The position numbers were made by a program, and so were the translations under genes. This document shows positions 51,317-61,303 of a stretch of DNA of 64,000 bases, piece after piece. The first letter of the stretch is position 1; each line of letters starts with the position of its first letter. Source of the stretch: Clostridiales bacterium GWD2_32_19 (GTDB lineage: Bacteria; Bacillota; Clostridia; Lachnospirales; UBA12420); the NCBI GenBank assembly GCA_001795385.1, contig MGOU01000021.1, positions 78,149 through 142,148 of the forward strand. Direction: 5' to 3'. The notes beneath the pieces are model-generated. The model saw only the letters and a list, made by a program, of their open reading frames with translations. It was not told the origin of the DNA and made no database searches.

Positions 51317-51407
51317 TCTTTTTCCCCCCCGGAAATCAATGCTATGTGTTACACACATATGTAGCGATATACTTTAGTACTGTATTTTTAAAATAACTAT
51401 GCCACAA

Positions 51408-52055
51408 TCATATTTTAATATCTTTAAAACTACAAATTTGATAATCTGACATTCCTTTTATATCATCTGGTTTGTCTATTGAATACTTATCAAACACTGC
51501 ACAAACTTTCATTCCAGCTCTTTTTGCAGCAATTAATCCTACAACTGAATCTTCAAAAACTAAACATTCATTCATATCAGACTTTAAAATCTTGGCTACT
51601 TTCAAATACATTTCTGGATTTGGCTTTCTGTTTTGTACATCTTCAACAGTACATACAAAATCAATATGTTTAATTATGTTTTCCTTTTTCAAAAAATGGT
51701 ATATTATAGGTTTAATATTATTAGTAGCTATCCCTATTTTAAAATTATTTTTTCTTAATAGTTCTAAAAATTCTTTTACTCCTTCTTTTAACACCACATA
51801 CTTATCATAATACTCTATTCCTTTTTTACTCCAAAAATTTTCTATTTGATTAGTTGTGAATGGTATGTTAAAATTTTTGGTGCAATATTCGGCTGTTTCC
51901 TCACAAGTTAAATTTAATAATTCATTAATAGATTCTTCTTCTAATTTCATTCCAAATTCTCCGAAGAAATCGTAGTTCATTTTTTTCCATACATTAATGG
52001 AGTCCACTATCGTTCCATCAAAATCAAAAATTACAGTATTTACATTATTAAACAT
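51408..52055 (-). CDS. HAD-family phosphatase
   Basis: IFDFDGT, KPNPE and VFEDS. Confidence 0.9.
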   Translation of the reverse strand: MFNNVNTVIFDFDGTIVDSINVWKKMNYDFFGEFGMKLEEESINELLNLTCEETAEYCTKNFNIPFTTNQIENFWSKKGIEYYDKYVVLKEGVKEFLELLRKNNFKIGIATNNIKPIIYHFLKKENIIKHIDFVCTVEDVQNRKPNPEMYLKVAKILKSDMNECLVFEDSVVGLIAAKRAGMKVCAVFDKYSIDKPDDIKGMSDYQICSFKDIKI

Positions 52056-52228
52056 ATTTTCTCCTTTTTGTACGCTTACATGATTATTATAATAAACTTT
52101 TTGATTTAATACAATTGTTATTTCAAAAAAAAATATTTTTTTTAAGATATTTCATAATAATACCAGTGTATAAATGAGAAATTTGTTAAAAATAATAAAT
52201 GATAATACAAAATGAAAGGAGCATGAAT

Positions 52229-52396
52229 ATGAACTTTAACAGATTTGTAACTGGTTTTGTGGTTGGTAATCTTATTGGAATGGCTAGTTTAGCCCTTACT
52301 TCTAGAAGTAACAGAAAAGGTTTTGGAAAAGTTAGTAAAGATTGGATAGTAAAAGTTGGTAATTTAGTAGATGATATTGCAGATATGTACAAATAA
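52229..52396 (+). CDS. Small membrane-associated protein (YtxH-like)
   Basis: GAAAGGAG RBS, Gly-rich hydrophobic N-terminus (FVTGFVVGNLIG) and its own terminator. Confidence 0.6.
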   Translation: MNFNRFVTGFVVGNLIGMASLALTSRSNRKGFGKVSKDWIVKVGNLVDDIADMYK

Positions 52397-52425
52397 AGGA
52401 TGAGGCCTTGCCTCATTCTTTATTT
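52391..52425. terminator. Bidirectional terminator
   Basis: AAATAAAGGATGAGGC-loop-GCCTCATTCTTTATTT. Confidence 0.75.
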
Positions 52426-52437
52426 GTATTACTTATA

Positions 52438-53079
52438 TTATTTCAAATACTCATATATATTTTTATCTCCTATATATAAATTTTCAATTACAAAGTCTCC
52501 ATCCATGATTTTTACTTTTATATATGATTTTACTTCGTTAGGTAATTCTCTTATAGTTTGGTCTGCTATAGATGCAAACTTTTCATTAATAAAAAACTTC
52601 TTTATATTATAGTCTACTTCGATTATTGGGTTACCTAAATTATTGTAAAAATTTAAGTTTGCTTTTAGATATGATTTAGTATCCTTAGGTTTTTCATCTG
52701 TGACTTTATCTACTTTATACATTCCATCTTTACCTTCTTTAAATGTAACAAAACATTTAATTCTATTATTAAAATTATAATCCGAGTTATCAATCGCCTG
52801 ATTTATTAACTTCATATTTAATGATTTGCTTATATTTTCTTTGTTAACTTCTACTGCAACTGGCTGTATATTTAAATATCTCCCTCTAAAATAATCATAT
52901 GGATCAAATTGTCTTATTTCAAGTTTTATTTCTGTTCCAACTTTCGCAATAATTTCATTTCCATAAATCATTAAAATAGGTATCAAAAGTTGTATAAAAA
53001 GTATAACTATTATAATTGTAAATCCATATTTTTTAGTTTTTTCCTTAAACTGTTTACAGCAATCTGGTAGCTTATTCAT
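52438..53079 (-). CDS. GDYXXLXY-domain membrane-anchored protein
   Basis: FDPYDYFRGRYLNI motif; usual partner of the DUF2157 gene upstream. Confidence 0.75.
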   Translation of the reverse strand: MNKLPDCCKQFKEKTKKYGFTIIIVILFIQLLIPILMIYGNEIIAKVGTEIKLEIRQFDPYDYFRGRYLNIQPVAVEVNKENISKSLNMKLINQAIDNSDYNFNNRIKCFVTFKEGKDGMYKVDKVTDEKPKDTKSYLKANLNFYNNLGNPIIEVDYNIKKFFINEKFASIADQTIRELPNEVKSYIKVKIMDGDFVIENLYIGDKNIYEYLK

Positions 53080-54421
53080 CGCCCTTCACCTCTTTTTTTC
53101 TTTTTATCATAGTCATATTAAGAACGATTAGGATAACTCCTGATATTATAAGTCCTGCTGCTCTTTGTAATATTCCAAATTCGCCACTAAGGAACCATTT
53201 AAAAACAAGTATTATTGTTATCAGCAGTCCAGCATTAAGCATACGCAAGCTATTTATATGTGTCGACCTTAAAATAAAGTTAATAGCTATAAACATTAGG
53301 TAAATATTTATAAAATAATATGTTAAGTCTGCTGAATATTTGCCATCAAATATATATCCTGTAAAAGTAAAAGCAACAGGGACAATTACATATAAAAGGT
53401 TTTCGTAATCCTTCTTCTTCATACAATAATAAAATACGCCAAGAGCTATTAAGAAAATGAATACTGAAATAAAATTAGTAAAAACATCTTTGTATATATT
53501 TACTTTTGATATATCTATATAATGATAATATTTATCGAAAGCCAGTATTATTAGCTCAATAATAATAGTTATTTTAACTAACATTTGAGTGAGATTTAAA
53601 TTCAACTTTTTTACAACTGAACTTATAAATAATATTACTACTAAAATAGAATTAATCATAACAAGTGGATTTAATATATTATTTTGACTATATGAAAACA
53701 TAATTAGATTAATAGCTATTGTAAGAAAAAGTGTTATTTCAATAAATTTTTCACGTAAAATGTATTTGTTATTCGAAATAAATTTAAGAGCAAATGGTAC
53801 CATAATTAGATACATTATTATGTTTGATTTATCACTAAATTCAAACAATCTAACTCCTGGTGCATACATCCATATACTTGTACCTATGAGATATATTATC
53901 GATGTAATTGATGATCCATATATGTAAGGTATAGGTAATATTAGCAGTAACCACATGAACAGAAATTCTTCAAATGTTCCTGGCAAGTTATATACTTGCC
54001 CTATTAATGCTATTACCGCTGCTATCATTAAAGTTAGAAATACTGAGCTTCCTTCAACTGCAAGCAAAGATGTTTTCTTTTTATATATATTAAGGAAAAA
54101 TACACATTGAGCCGCAACAAGTACAGTTAAACCTATACCTAACTTAACAAATTTAGGAATCTGATACCAGTTGTAAGATACAACAAGTATAATCCCTAGT
54201 CCAATTAATATTACCCCGATTACTGATAAAATAATTATTGCAATATTACTGTTTGCTTTTTTATTTTGATAGTAAGCTTTTATCTTTTCTGCTTGTTCAG
54301 TTTCTAATAACTGATTTTCCACTAGTTCCTTTAGGTTATCTAAAACACCCCTTGATTTGAAACTCATTCCTGCAAATGCTCCAACTATAACTAATACTAA
54401 CAATATAAGTATAAATGACAT
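53072..54421 (-). CDS. DUF2157 family multi-pass membrane protein
   Basis: GIILVVSYNW and IALIGQVYNL motifs; many TM helices. Confidence 0.8.
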   Translation of the reverse strand: MSFILILLVLVIVGAFAGMSFKSRGVLDNLKELVENQLLETEQAEKIKAYYQNKKANSNIAIIILSVIGVILIGLGIILVVSYNWYQIPKFVKLGIGLTVLVAAQCVFFLNIYKKKTSLLAVEGSSVFLTLMIAAVIALIGQVYNLPGTFEEFLFMWLLLILPIPYIYGSSITSIIYLIGTSIWMYAPGVRLFEFSDKSNIIMYLIMVPFALKFISNNKYILREKFIEITLFLTIAINLIMFSYSQNNILNPLVMINSILVVILFISSVVKKLNLNLTQMLVKITIIIELIILAFDKYYHYIDISKVNIYKDVFTNFISVFIFLIALGVFYYCMKKKDYENLLYVIVPVAFTFTGYIFDGKYSADLTYYFINIYLMFIAINFILRSTHINSLRMLNAGLLITIILVFKWFLSGEFGILQRAAGLIISGVILIVLNMTMIKRKKEVKGDE

Positions 54422-54467
54422 TATTTGTATACCTCCTTTAAAATCAGTTTATTGTGGATATTTATAT

Positions 54468-55400
54468 TTAATTTTTAACAAACTCTTCTATCTTTTTAGC
54501 TACACTTTCGGCGTCAAGTCCGTAAAGTTTTATCACTTCTTCTGCTTTACCTGATTTTCCGAATTGGTCACTTACACCTATCATTTTAACCTTTGTAGGA
54601 TAGTTTTCTGAAAGTACCTCACATACAGCACTGCCAAAACCTCCGTAAATATTGTGTTCTTCTAATGTTACTATTTTACCTATGTCCTTTGCAGCCTTTA
54701 TAATTATTTCTTTGTCAATAGGTTTTATTGTATGTATATTAATAATTCGAGCTTTAATGCCTTTAGCTTTTAGTAATTCATTTGCTTTTATAGCCACACC
54801 GGTCATCATGCCTGTAGCAAATATGGCAATATCTCCTCCATCAGCTATTTCTACACCACACCCAAATTTGAATTTGTAACTTTCTTCATTAAATACATCT
54901 TGAACCTTCAGTCTCCCCAGCCTTATATACATAGGACCCTTATTTTCAACACAATATTTTATAATTGCCTTCGTTTCTGTTGCATCACATGGAGAGAAAA
55001 CCGTCATATTGGGTATAACTCTCATCAAAGCTATATCTTCTATACATTGGTGAGATGCTCCATCTTCACCTACAGATATACCAGCATGTGTAGCCGCAAC
55101 TTTTACATTCAGATTTGGATAACATATTGAGTTTCTTATTTGTTCATATCCTCTTCCTGCTGCAAACATAGCAAATGTACTCGCAAACACTATCTTTCCA
55201 CATGTAGATAGACCCGCAGCTGTTGACATCATATCTCCCTCTGCTATTCCCATATTTATAAACCTATCTGGACATACCTTTTTAAAATTTTCTGTTTTTG
55301 TAGCTTTCGAAATATCCGCATCAAGAACTACTATATTTTCATTTTGTGCACCAATCTCAGCAAGTGCAATTCCATAGGCTTCCCTAGTTGCTATTTCCAT
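54468..55400 (-). CDS. Transketolase, C-terminal subunit
   Basis: NMGIAE, THAGISVGEDGASHQ and EEHNIYGG. Confidence 0.93.
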   Translation of the reverse strand: MEIATREAYGIALAEIGAQNENIVVLDADISKATKTENFKKVCPDRFINMGIAEGDMMSTAAGLSTCGKIVFASTFAMFAAGRGYEQIRNSICYPNLNVKVAATHAGISVGEDGASHQCIEDIALMRVIPNMTVFSPCDATETKAIIKYCVENKGPMYIRLGRLKVQDVFNEESYKFKFGCGVEIADGGDIAIFATGMMTGVAIKANELLKAKGIKARIINIHTIKPIDKEIIIKAAKDIGKIVTLEEHNIYGGFGSAVCEVLSENYPTKVKMIGVSDQFGKSGKAEEVIKLYGLDAESVAKKIEEFVKN

Positions 55401-55426
55401 AATTAAAACCTCCGTTTTTATCTTTT

Positions 55427-55726
55427 GAGGAACAGTTCCTTCTTTTTAGGACTGTCCCTTTAAATTTGTTTTGAAATATTAAATTTTATTAGTTATAATG
55501 AACCTCCCCGCAGCAAGCTGACGGGGTATCATGTTGTCATTGCGAGAAACGAAGCAATCTCTCTTTTGTCTTTTAAAGAACGGGATTGCTTCGTTCCTCG
55601 CAATGACAAATTTAGCACGCAGCAGAGCTGCGGGGAATTGACCCTGAGAGATTAAACCACCCACAGTATTCTTTTATCTAAGTTTTTTCCACGAGGATGG
55701 TTCCTAAAAAGAAGGAAGCCGTCCCC
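55427..55726. repeat. Inverted pair of REP-like hairpins enclosing element copy 2
   Basis: TTCCTTCTTTTTAGG within the hairpin at 55427-55458 and its reverse complement CCTAAAAAGAAGGAA within the hairpin at 55693-55726. Confidence 0.6.
55504..55656 (+). mobile_element. Nested palindromic non-autonomous element, copy 2
   Basis: Nearly identical to copy 1 over about 150 bp; lies between the two transketolase genes. Confidence 0.75.
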
Positions 55727-55735
55727 ATCTAGATC

Positions 55736-56554
55736 TTACTTATTACTAAGTTCACTCATAGCCTTTTCATATTCTTCTTTATTCGGTGCCTTTCCATGCC
55801 ATCCCGCTTGATTTTCCATAAATGACACACCTTTCCCTTTTATGGCTTTAGCTAAAACAATCGAAGGTTTTCCTTTAACTTGTTTCACTTCTGACAAAGC
55901 GTCTAATATTTGCTTTATGTTATGTCCATCTATTTTTATTACATTCCACCCAAAAGCTTCAAATTTCTCATCTAAAGGCTCTACATTCATTACGACACAT
56001 GTTCTACCATCTATTTGAAGTCCGTTATCATCTAAGAATACGCAGAGATTGTCAAGCTTATAGTGAGCAGCTGTCATTGCTGCTTCCCATATTTGCCCCT
56101 CTTCCGTTTCCCCATCACCAATAATAGCGTATACGCGATAATCTTTATTATCCATTTTGCCTGCGAGTGCCATACCATTTGCAGCAGATAACCCTTGTCC
56201 GAGTGAACCAGTTGACATATCTATACCTGGTATTTTACCAAGTGCAGGATGCCCTTCTAGAAATGAATTTATATTTCTAAATTTGTATAACTCATCAGTG
56301 TCAAAATATCCTTTCATAGCAAGTGCCGCATAAACTGCTGCACATGTATGTCCCTTTGATAACACAAATCTATCTCTATCAGCCCACATAGGATTTTTAG
56401 AATCTACATTTAATTCATTAAAGTATAGTACTGATACAATGTCTGATATAGATAGCGCTCCTCCTATATGCCCAGAACTTGCACTATACACTTCTTTAAT
56501 TGCCCATTTTCGTATTTCATTTGCTTGTGTCTCTAAATATTTTATATCAACCAT
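55736..56554 (-). CDS. Transketolase, N-terminal subunit
   Basis: SGHIGG, DRFVLSKGH, STGSLGQG and TPP-binding GDGETEEG...N. Confidence 0.93.
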   Translation of the reverse strand: MVDIKYLETQANEIRKWAIKEVYSASSGHIGGALSISDIVSVLYFNELNVDSKNPMWADRDRFVLSKGHTCAAVYAALAMKGYFDTDELYKFRNINSFLEGHPALGKIPGIDMSTGSLGQGLSAANGMALAGKMDNKDYRVYAIIGDGETEEGQIWEAAMTAAHYKLDNLCVFLDDNGLQIDGRTCVVMNVEPLDEKFEAFGWNVIKIDGHNIKQILDALSEVKQVKGKPSIVLAKAIKGKGVSFMENQAGWHGKAPNKEEYEKAMSELSNK

Positions 56555-56654
56555 ATTCTGCATCTCCCCTTTTAGTCTTATTCTACCAGAATATAAAAAT
56601 AATTCAAGCAATTGCTTGAATTATTTTTATATTTTATATTTTATTTCAATTTTA

Positions 56655-57296
56655 CTAATTTACAACTTTTTTTGGATCTATATATTTTTCATCCTTCTTA
56701 ACACCAAATTTTATGAAATTATATTGTTCATCTAACTGGTTCACTTTGCCTAGCACTTCATTTTTTTCTACAAACTCATCTTCTTCTACTTTTAAATCGC
56801 ATACATTACTGTATGTAGTAATATAGCCATTTTCGTGTTCTATTTCTATTGTTTTACCTACAACACCATCAAATACTTTTAATATCGTGCCTTTTTCTGC
56901 TGCTACAACATCATCATCCTTGTTGGCTGTTATACTAACTTGTTCTTCTCCGGTATATTGATCCAAGAATTTATCATATACCACCTTATTTGGGCTATAA
57001 TTTATTTCTATTTCACCCTTTATAGGCCATATAAACTCTTGTTTCACTTCAGGTTTTTCAGTTACTACTTTTTCCTCTACTTTTTGTGCTTCGGCCATTT
57101 CTATGTTCTTATCTTGTCCTGTTGAAGCTTGAATTGATTCAAAATTCTTATCTACAAACTCCTTATCTAGATCAACATACCCTTTTTGAGTCTTTGCTTG
57201 ATTTGAAACATTCAAACTATTATCAACAATTAATATCGAAGCAATTATTACTACAATGAAACAAGCCATAAGAGCTACATAAAAGTTCTTTTTCAT
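56655..57296 (-). CDS. spoIIQ: SpoIIQ-like M23/LytM protein with degenerate metal site
   Basis: Single TM helix and FIWPIKGEI...GKTIEIEHENGYITTYSN; directly downstream of spoIID with a SigF-like promoter. Confidence 0.72.
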   Translation of the reverse strand: MKKNFYVALMACFIVVIIASILIVDNSLNVSNQAKTQKGYVDLDKEFVDKNFESIQASTGQDKNIEMAEAQKVEEKVVTEKPEVKQEFIWPIKGEIEINYSPNKVVYDKFLDQYTGEEQVSITANKDDDVVAAEKGTILKVFDGVVGKTIEIEHENGYITTYSNVCDLKVEEDEFVEKNEVLGKVNQLDEQYNFIKFGVKKDEKYIDPKKVVN

Positions 57297-57314
57297 ACAC
57301 AACACCTCCATCAA

Positions 57315-57344
57315 TATTATTGACGGGGAATTACAAAAATATTC
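57315..57344 (-). promoter_or_regulatory. SigF-type forespore promoter of spoIIQ
   Basis: Minus strand GAATA-N15-GTCAATAATA versus the SigF consensus GYATA-N15-GGnAAnAnTA. Confidence 0.6.
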
Positions 57345-57365
57345 TTACGTAAGAATATTTTTGTA
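57332..57365. terminator. 34-bp perfect palindrome, likely the spoIID terminator, overlapping the spoIIQ -35
   Basis: TACAAAAATATTCTTAC|GTAAGAATATTTTTGTA. Confidence 0.6.
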
Positions 57366-57381
57366 CAACATTTGTTATTTA

Positions 57382-58311
57382 TTATTTTTCTTTATTATCT
57401 ATGACATCTGTTATCTGTTTTATCTCTACTCCTGTATAATAATGTTTAATTATTTCATCATACTTCATTCCTTCTTTAGCTAGAAAATTAGCTCCATATT
57501 GGCTCATTCCTACACCATGACCATATCCTTTTGTTCTAAATATATAATCCGAACCCTTTTTTTCTATATCAAAATTATTTGATCTTAAATTTAAAATTTT
57601 TCTAAGTTCCGTACCTTTTACTTCTGTCTTATTTATTAATATAGTTTTTACATATCCCGTATCGTAACGTTCTTTTATTTTTATACTAATTTTTTTATCC
57701 TTTAGTTTAAAAAAATTAGTAACTATATCTAATAATTTTTTTTCAGAAACTTTATACTCTGCATTATATGATGGAGATTTTGAATCTAAAGCACTCATAA
57801 CGCTTTTTAAATATGGATGGCTATATTTCCATACATCTTCTGCATTTTGTGTTTTTCCAGCGCTTGTGGAATGATATACGGCATCTATTAATTCATCATC
57901 AAAAACTATTATCTTCCCTTTAGTTTCTAATATAGCTTGCTTTATCTTATTATAATTCTTTTCAAAGTTTTTACCCCACCTTTTTTTCATTTCATCTTCT
58001 GTTATAAAAGCCTGATCACAATTTATATCGTTTGTTATAAAAGCTTTGTTTTTTAAAGAATATGTACGTGCTGCTAATGTTTGTGCTTTAAGTGCCTCAA
58101 GTTCAAAACTTGCTGGCATCTCAGCCGCAACAACACCTATAACATAATCTTCTAATTCTAGTTTCACAATTTCATTCTTATTTATATCTTTATAATTAAT
58201 AACAGTACTGTCATTAATTTCATCATATTGTATAGGAATATTATTTGTTTTTACTGTTAATACTAACAATATGATATGAAAAAATATAATAAATAAAATG
58301 ATTTTTTTCAT
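57382..58311 (-). CDS. spoIID: Stage II sporulation protein D
   Basis: LEDYVIGVVAAEMPASFELEALKAQTLAART and GYGHGVGMSQYGAN. Confidence 0.93.
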   Translation of the reverse strand: MKKIILFIIFFHIILLVLTVKTNNIPIQYDEINDSTVINYKDINKNEIVKLELEDYVIGVVAAEMPASFELEALKAQTLAARTYSLKNKAFITNDINCDQAFITEDEMKKRWGKNFEKNYNKIKQAILETKGKIIVFDDELIDAVYHSTSAGKTQNAEDVWKYSHPYLKSVMSALDSKSPSYNAEYKVSEKKLLDIVTNFFKLKDKKISIKIKERYDTGYVKTILINKTEVKGTELRKILNLRSNNFDIEKKGSDYIFRTKGYGHGVGMSQYGANFLAKEGMKYDEIIKHYYTGVEIKQITDVIDNKEK

Positions 58312-58364
58312 ATTATCACATCCAATTTGTAAATATTAAAATATCAATTTCTTATTTAGTATAT

Positions 58365-58400
58365 TAAAAAAACTTCAGTCATATGACTGAAGTTTTTTTA
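58365..58400. terminator. Terminator hairpin
   Basis: TAAAAAAACTTCAGTC-atat-GACTGAAGTTTTTTTA. Confidence 0.75.
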
Positions 58401-58431
58401 ATATATAATATTTAGTTTTCATTTATATGTA

Positions 58432-59610
58432 TTATTCCACAGTCAAATCTTGAACCGTACTAGTTTCTTCTGCTGTAGTAGTTTCTTCATCTTCTACATC
58501 ATCTTCTACATCATCTTCTACATCATCTTCTACATCTTCTTCTTCATCTATATCTGTATCTTCACCCTCTAATACATCCGAAGCTGTTTCTTCTGTAACT
58601 ATTGTTTCATTAACTTCATCATCAATTTCATTTAGTTCTTCGTCTAATTTAACAGCATCTTGTTCTGTTGTATTTTCGTCATCAACTACTACCTTTTCGT
58701 CATCTATATCAATTGTTTGAGTCTCTTCATCCCAATTAACATTTAAGCCCATCTTCTCAATTATAAATCTTAAAGGAACCACTGTTCTTGCATTTTCATT
58801 ATTTACTTTATACATTTTCGCTGGTACATCAAGTTCTACTTCTTTTCCGTTTACTATTGCTTTGTTACTATCTACAGATAATACAAGTACATTATCACCT
58901 TTTGTTATTGTTATTTTTTTAGTTTCTGCATCCCATTTTACATCAAATCCATAAGCTTCTGATAATGCTCTAATAGGTATAAGAGTTCTGCCATCTTTTA
59001 TAACTGGTGGTAAATCAAATTTTATATTTTTCCCTTTTGCAAAAATATTTTGAACAGGTAATAACTTTAAGTCGTTGTGTTCTTTTAATATTTGTGCAAC
59101 TTCTTGTATTTTAGCTAATTCTTCTGATGTGTATTGCTCTTTTACTTTTTCTTTTAGTAAATTCTTTTCAGTTGCTATACTTTTATCAAGTCTTGTTATT
59201 TGTGATTCAGTCTTAGATAATTGTGCTTTTAATGCTTCAACTTTCAGTATTGCTTCTGCTGATGTATCAGATTTTAAAAGTTCTAACCTTGCATTAATTA
59301 ATCCAATCTTCTTTTGAAGTAAACTTTCAAGTTTTTTATAATTGTCTTTTCTTCCTTCGATTTTTTCTTTTAACTCTTTAATTTTTTCATCTTTTTCTTT
59401 TAATTTTTCTTTAGCATTTTCTTTTACCTCTTTTAATTCCTCACTTAGCAATACTTTAGTTTCCTTATTATCAATACGAATTTTTGCAGCCTCGCCAGAA
59501 ATAGAAATAGTGTTACTTGTAGCTGTTTCCTCAGCATATACCATTGTTATTACACCTACATTAAGACACATTGCTAATGCTAAAATTCCCGTTACTAATT
59601 TCTTATTCAT
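58432..59610 (-). CDS. Secreted protein with coiled coil, copper amine oxidase N-terminal (stalk) domain and acidic tail
   Basis: Signal peptide, PVIKDGRTLIPIRALSEAYGFDVKWD, RTVVPLRFI and an Asp/Glu-rich C-terminus. Confidence 0.8.
   Translation of the reverse strand: MNKKLVTGILALAMCLNVGVITMVYAEETATSNTISISGEAAKIRIDNKETKVLLSEELKEVKENAKEKLKEKDEKIKELKEKIEGRKDNYKKLESLLQKKIGLINARLELLKSDTSAEAILKVEALKAQLSKTESQITRLDKSIATEKNLLKEKVKEQYTSEELAKIQEVAQILKEHNDLKLLPVQNIFAKGKNIKFDLPPVIKDGRTLIPIRALSEAYGFDVKWDAETKKITITKGDNVLVLSVDSNKAIVNGKEVELDVPAKMYKVNNENARTVVPLRFIIEKMGLNVNWDEETQTIDIDDEKVVVDDENTTEQDAVKLDEELNEIDDEVNETIVTEETASDVLEGEDTDIDEEEDVEDDVEDDVEDDVEDEETTTAEETSTVQDLTVE
58487..58534. repeat. In-frame 12-bp tandem repeat x4 (VEDD units)
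   Basis: TCATCTTCTACA repeated four times. Confidence 0.9.
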
Positions 59611-59886
59611 AAATTATCCCCCTTTTAGTTTTTATATTTCATCAATATTACTAATTAATTTTATCATAATTTATTAATTTTTCAACATTTTTTCAACATT
59701 TGTAACACGATTTTAATAAAAGAATGAATAATATTGATGATATTACTTATTATACCACTATTCTCATCATGCTACCATAGGAGGAAAGTCCTATTTTTTA
59801 TACTATTATTAAAAATTAACTTTAAAATGTTTTTATAATGTGCTAAAATAAGTAATACTTATCATTGCTAATAATGGAGGTTTCTC

Positions 59887-60948
59887 ATGGATAAGAATTC
59901 CTATCAAATTCAACAAAAATTAAAATTCACTGCTAAACTTAGAGAACTCACAATAATGCTCCCATCTTTTTGTTTTGACTTTTTCCGTGGTATAGAGCAG
60001 ACAACAGGAGTTAGAACTCGTATTGCATATGCTTATGACTTAATCGTTTTCTTTGATTTTTTATTTAAAGAGCTTTACATAAATGAAGATAAAACTAAAA
60101 TCACAGTTGATTTCCTAGATAAGATAACTCCTGAGGATATTGAGCGATATTTAGAATACTTATCATATTTTACAAAAAAGGATGAAAAAACTCAGAAAGT
60201 AAACGAACATGCAAATGATGAAAAAGCTAAAGCTCGCAAACTTGCTTGTCTTAGAACATTATATAAATATTTCTACAAAAAAAGAAAGATTATAAACAAT
60301 CCTGCATTACTGGTTGATTTACCAAAAGTTCATCAAAAAAATATAATTAGACTAGAAGTTGATGAAATGGTTAAATTACTAGACGAAGTAGAGTCAGGAA
60401 ACGATTTAACAAAGTTTCAACAAAAATATCATTCAAAAACTAAAGTTCGTGATCTCGCCCTTATTTCACTTTTACTTGGGACAGGAATCCGTGTTTCTGA
60501 ATGTGTAGGGCTTGACACTCATGATATAGATATGAATACCAATGGTATTAAAATAACTCGTAAAGGTGGAAATGAGGTCATCGTTTATTTCAGCGATGAG
60601 GTTAAAAGGGCTTTGGTTGACTATTTGCAAGAAAGAAATTCTATCATACCCGAATCTGGTCATGAAAAAGCCTTTTTATTATCTCTACAAAATAAACGTT
60701 TAAATGTTCGCTCAGTTCAAAATATAGTTAAAAAATATTCTGCACTTGTTACTAATCTGAAAAATATATCTCCCCATAAATTACGTAGTACTTATGGAAC
60801 CAATCTCTACAGGGAAACAGGCGATATCTATCTTGTGGCTGATGTACTTGGTCATAAAGATGTAAATACAACTAAAAAACATTACGCACAAATAGATGAT
60901 GAACAGAGAAGAAAAGCTGCAAAAATAGTAAAGCTTCGGGATATATAA
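59887..60948 (+). CDS. Chromosomal tyrosine recombinase (XerC/XerS-like)
   Basis: Catalytic residues intact: GTGIRVSE, ITRKGG, PHKLR, LGH and KHYA. No cargo or att-like context. Confidence 0.88.
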   Translation: MDKNSYQIQQKLKFTAKLRELTIMLPSFCFDFFRGIEQTTGVRTRIAYAYDLIVFFDFLFKELYINEDKTKITVDFLDKITPEDIERYLEYLSYFTKKDEKTQKVNEHANDEKAKARKLACLRTLYKYFYKKRKIINNPALLVDLPKVHQKNIIRLEVDEMVKLLDEVESGNDLTKFQQKYHSKTKVRDLALISLLLGTGIRVSECVGLDTHDIDMNTNGIKITRKGGNEVIVYFSDEVKRALVDYLQERNSIIPESGHEKAFLLSLQNKRLNVRSVQNIVKKYSALVTNLKNISPHKLRSTYGTNLYRETGDIYLVADVLGHKDVNTTKKHYAQIDDEQRRKAAKIVKLRDI

Positions 60949-60965
60949 TTCCCGAAGCTTTTTTG
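60930..60965 (+). terminator. Terminator overlapping the recombinase stop
   Basis: AAAGCTTCGGGA-loop-TCCCGAAGCTTTTTT. Confidence 0.75.
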
Positions 60966-61067
60966 TCCCTTCTCCCTTTGCGGGAGGGACCACCGTACTC
61001 TTGGCTTATGTATTTTATAAGCTTAGATGCAGGTATGCAAAGCTAAGGATGAGGGTAGTAAGTTATA

Positions 61068-61220
61068 TTAAATTTCATTTTGACCTTTTTCTAAATCGTC
61101 ATTAGCATCAATTTGTCTTAATATTTCTTCTAGCGATTCATTTGGTTTTGCATTTAAACTTTCCCTTAATAATTCTTCTATATATCTTTCAAGTTCTGGA
61201 TCAAAACCTGAATTTCCCAT
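61068..61220 (-). CDS. 50-aa acidic small protein, absent from the ORF track
   Basis: AAAAGGAG RBS 8 nt before ATG; MGNSGFDPELERYIEELLRESLNAKPNESLEEILRQIDANDDLEKGQNEI. Confidence 0.55.
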   Translation of the reverse strand: MGNSGFDPELERYIEELLRESLNAKPNESLEEILRQIDANDDLEKGQNEI

Positions 61221-61303
61221 GTGTTTCATCTCCTTTTATACTATTTTACCTCACTCATAATGACAAGCTCCGGGTGTAGTTCCTATTAACTTTTATAATG
61301 AAT

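Noticed and set aside
51324-51330. G7 tract serving as the glgB RBS (and A10 at 7251-7260 in the GGDEF gene) as phase-variation switches
   Set aside because: The tracts are short, both frames are intact, and there is no evidence of length variation.
55479-55664. 61-aa ORF in the ORF track
   Set aside because: It is a translation of the palindromic repeat element and has no RBS.
56655-57296. Loss of M23 metal ligands as a novelty
   Set aside because: A degenerate LytM domain is already known for SpoIIQ proteins.
57322-57333. GACGGGGAATTA matching the right end of repeat copy 3
   Set aside because: A 12-bp match without hairpin context that falls in the spacer of the SigF-like promoter; likely chance.
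59781-59791. GAGGAAAGTCC, the RNase P RNA 5' signature
   Set aside because: It is followed by AT-rich promoter DNA with none of the other conserved RNase P regions and there is too little space; it is just a small ATAGGA/TCCTAT hairpin.
59819-59846. Possible dif-like site upstream of the Xer-type recombinase
   Set aside because: Only about 14 of 28 positions match the Firmicute dif sequence as I recall it, and there is no arm symmetry; this is expected by chance in AT-rich DNA.
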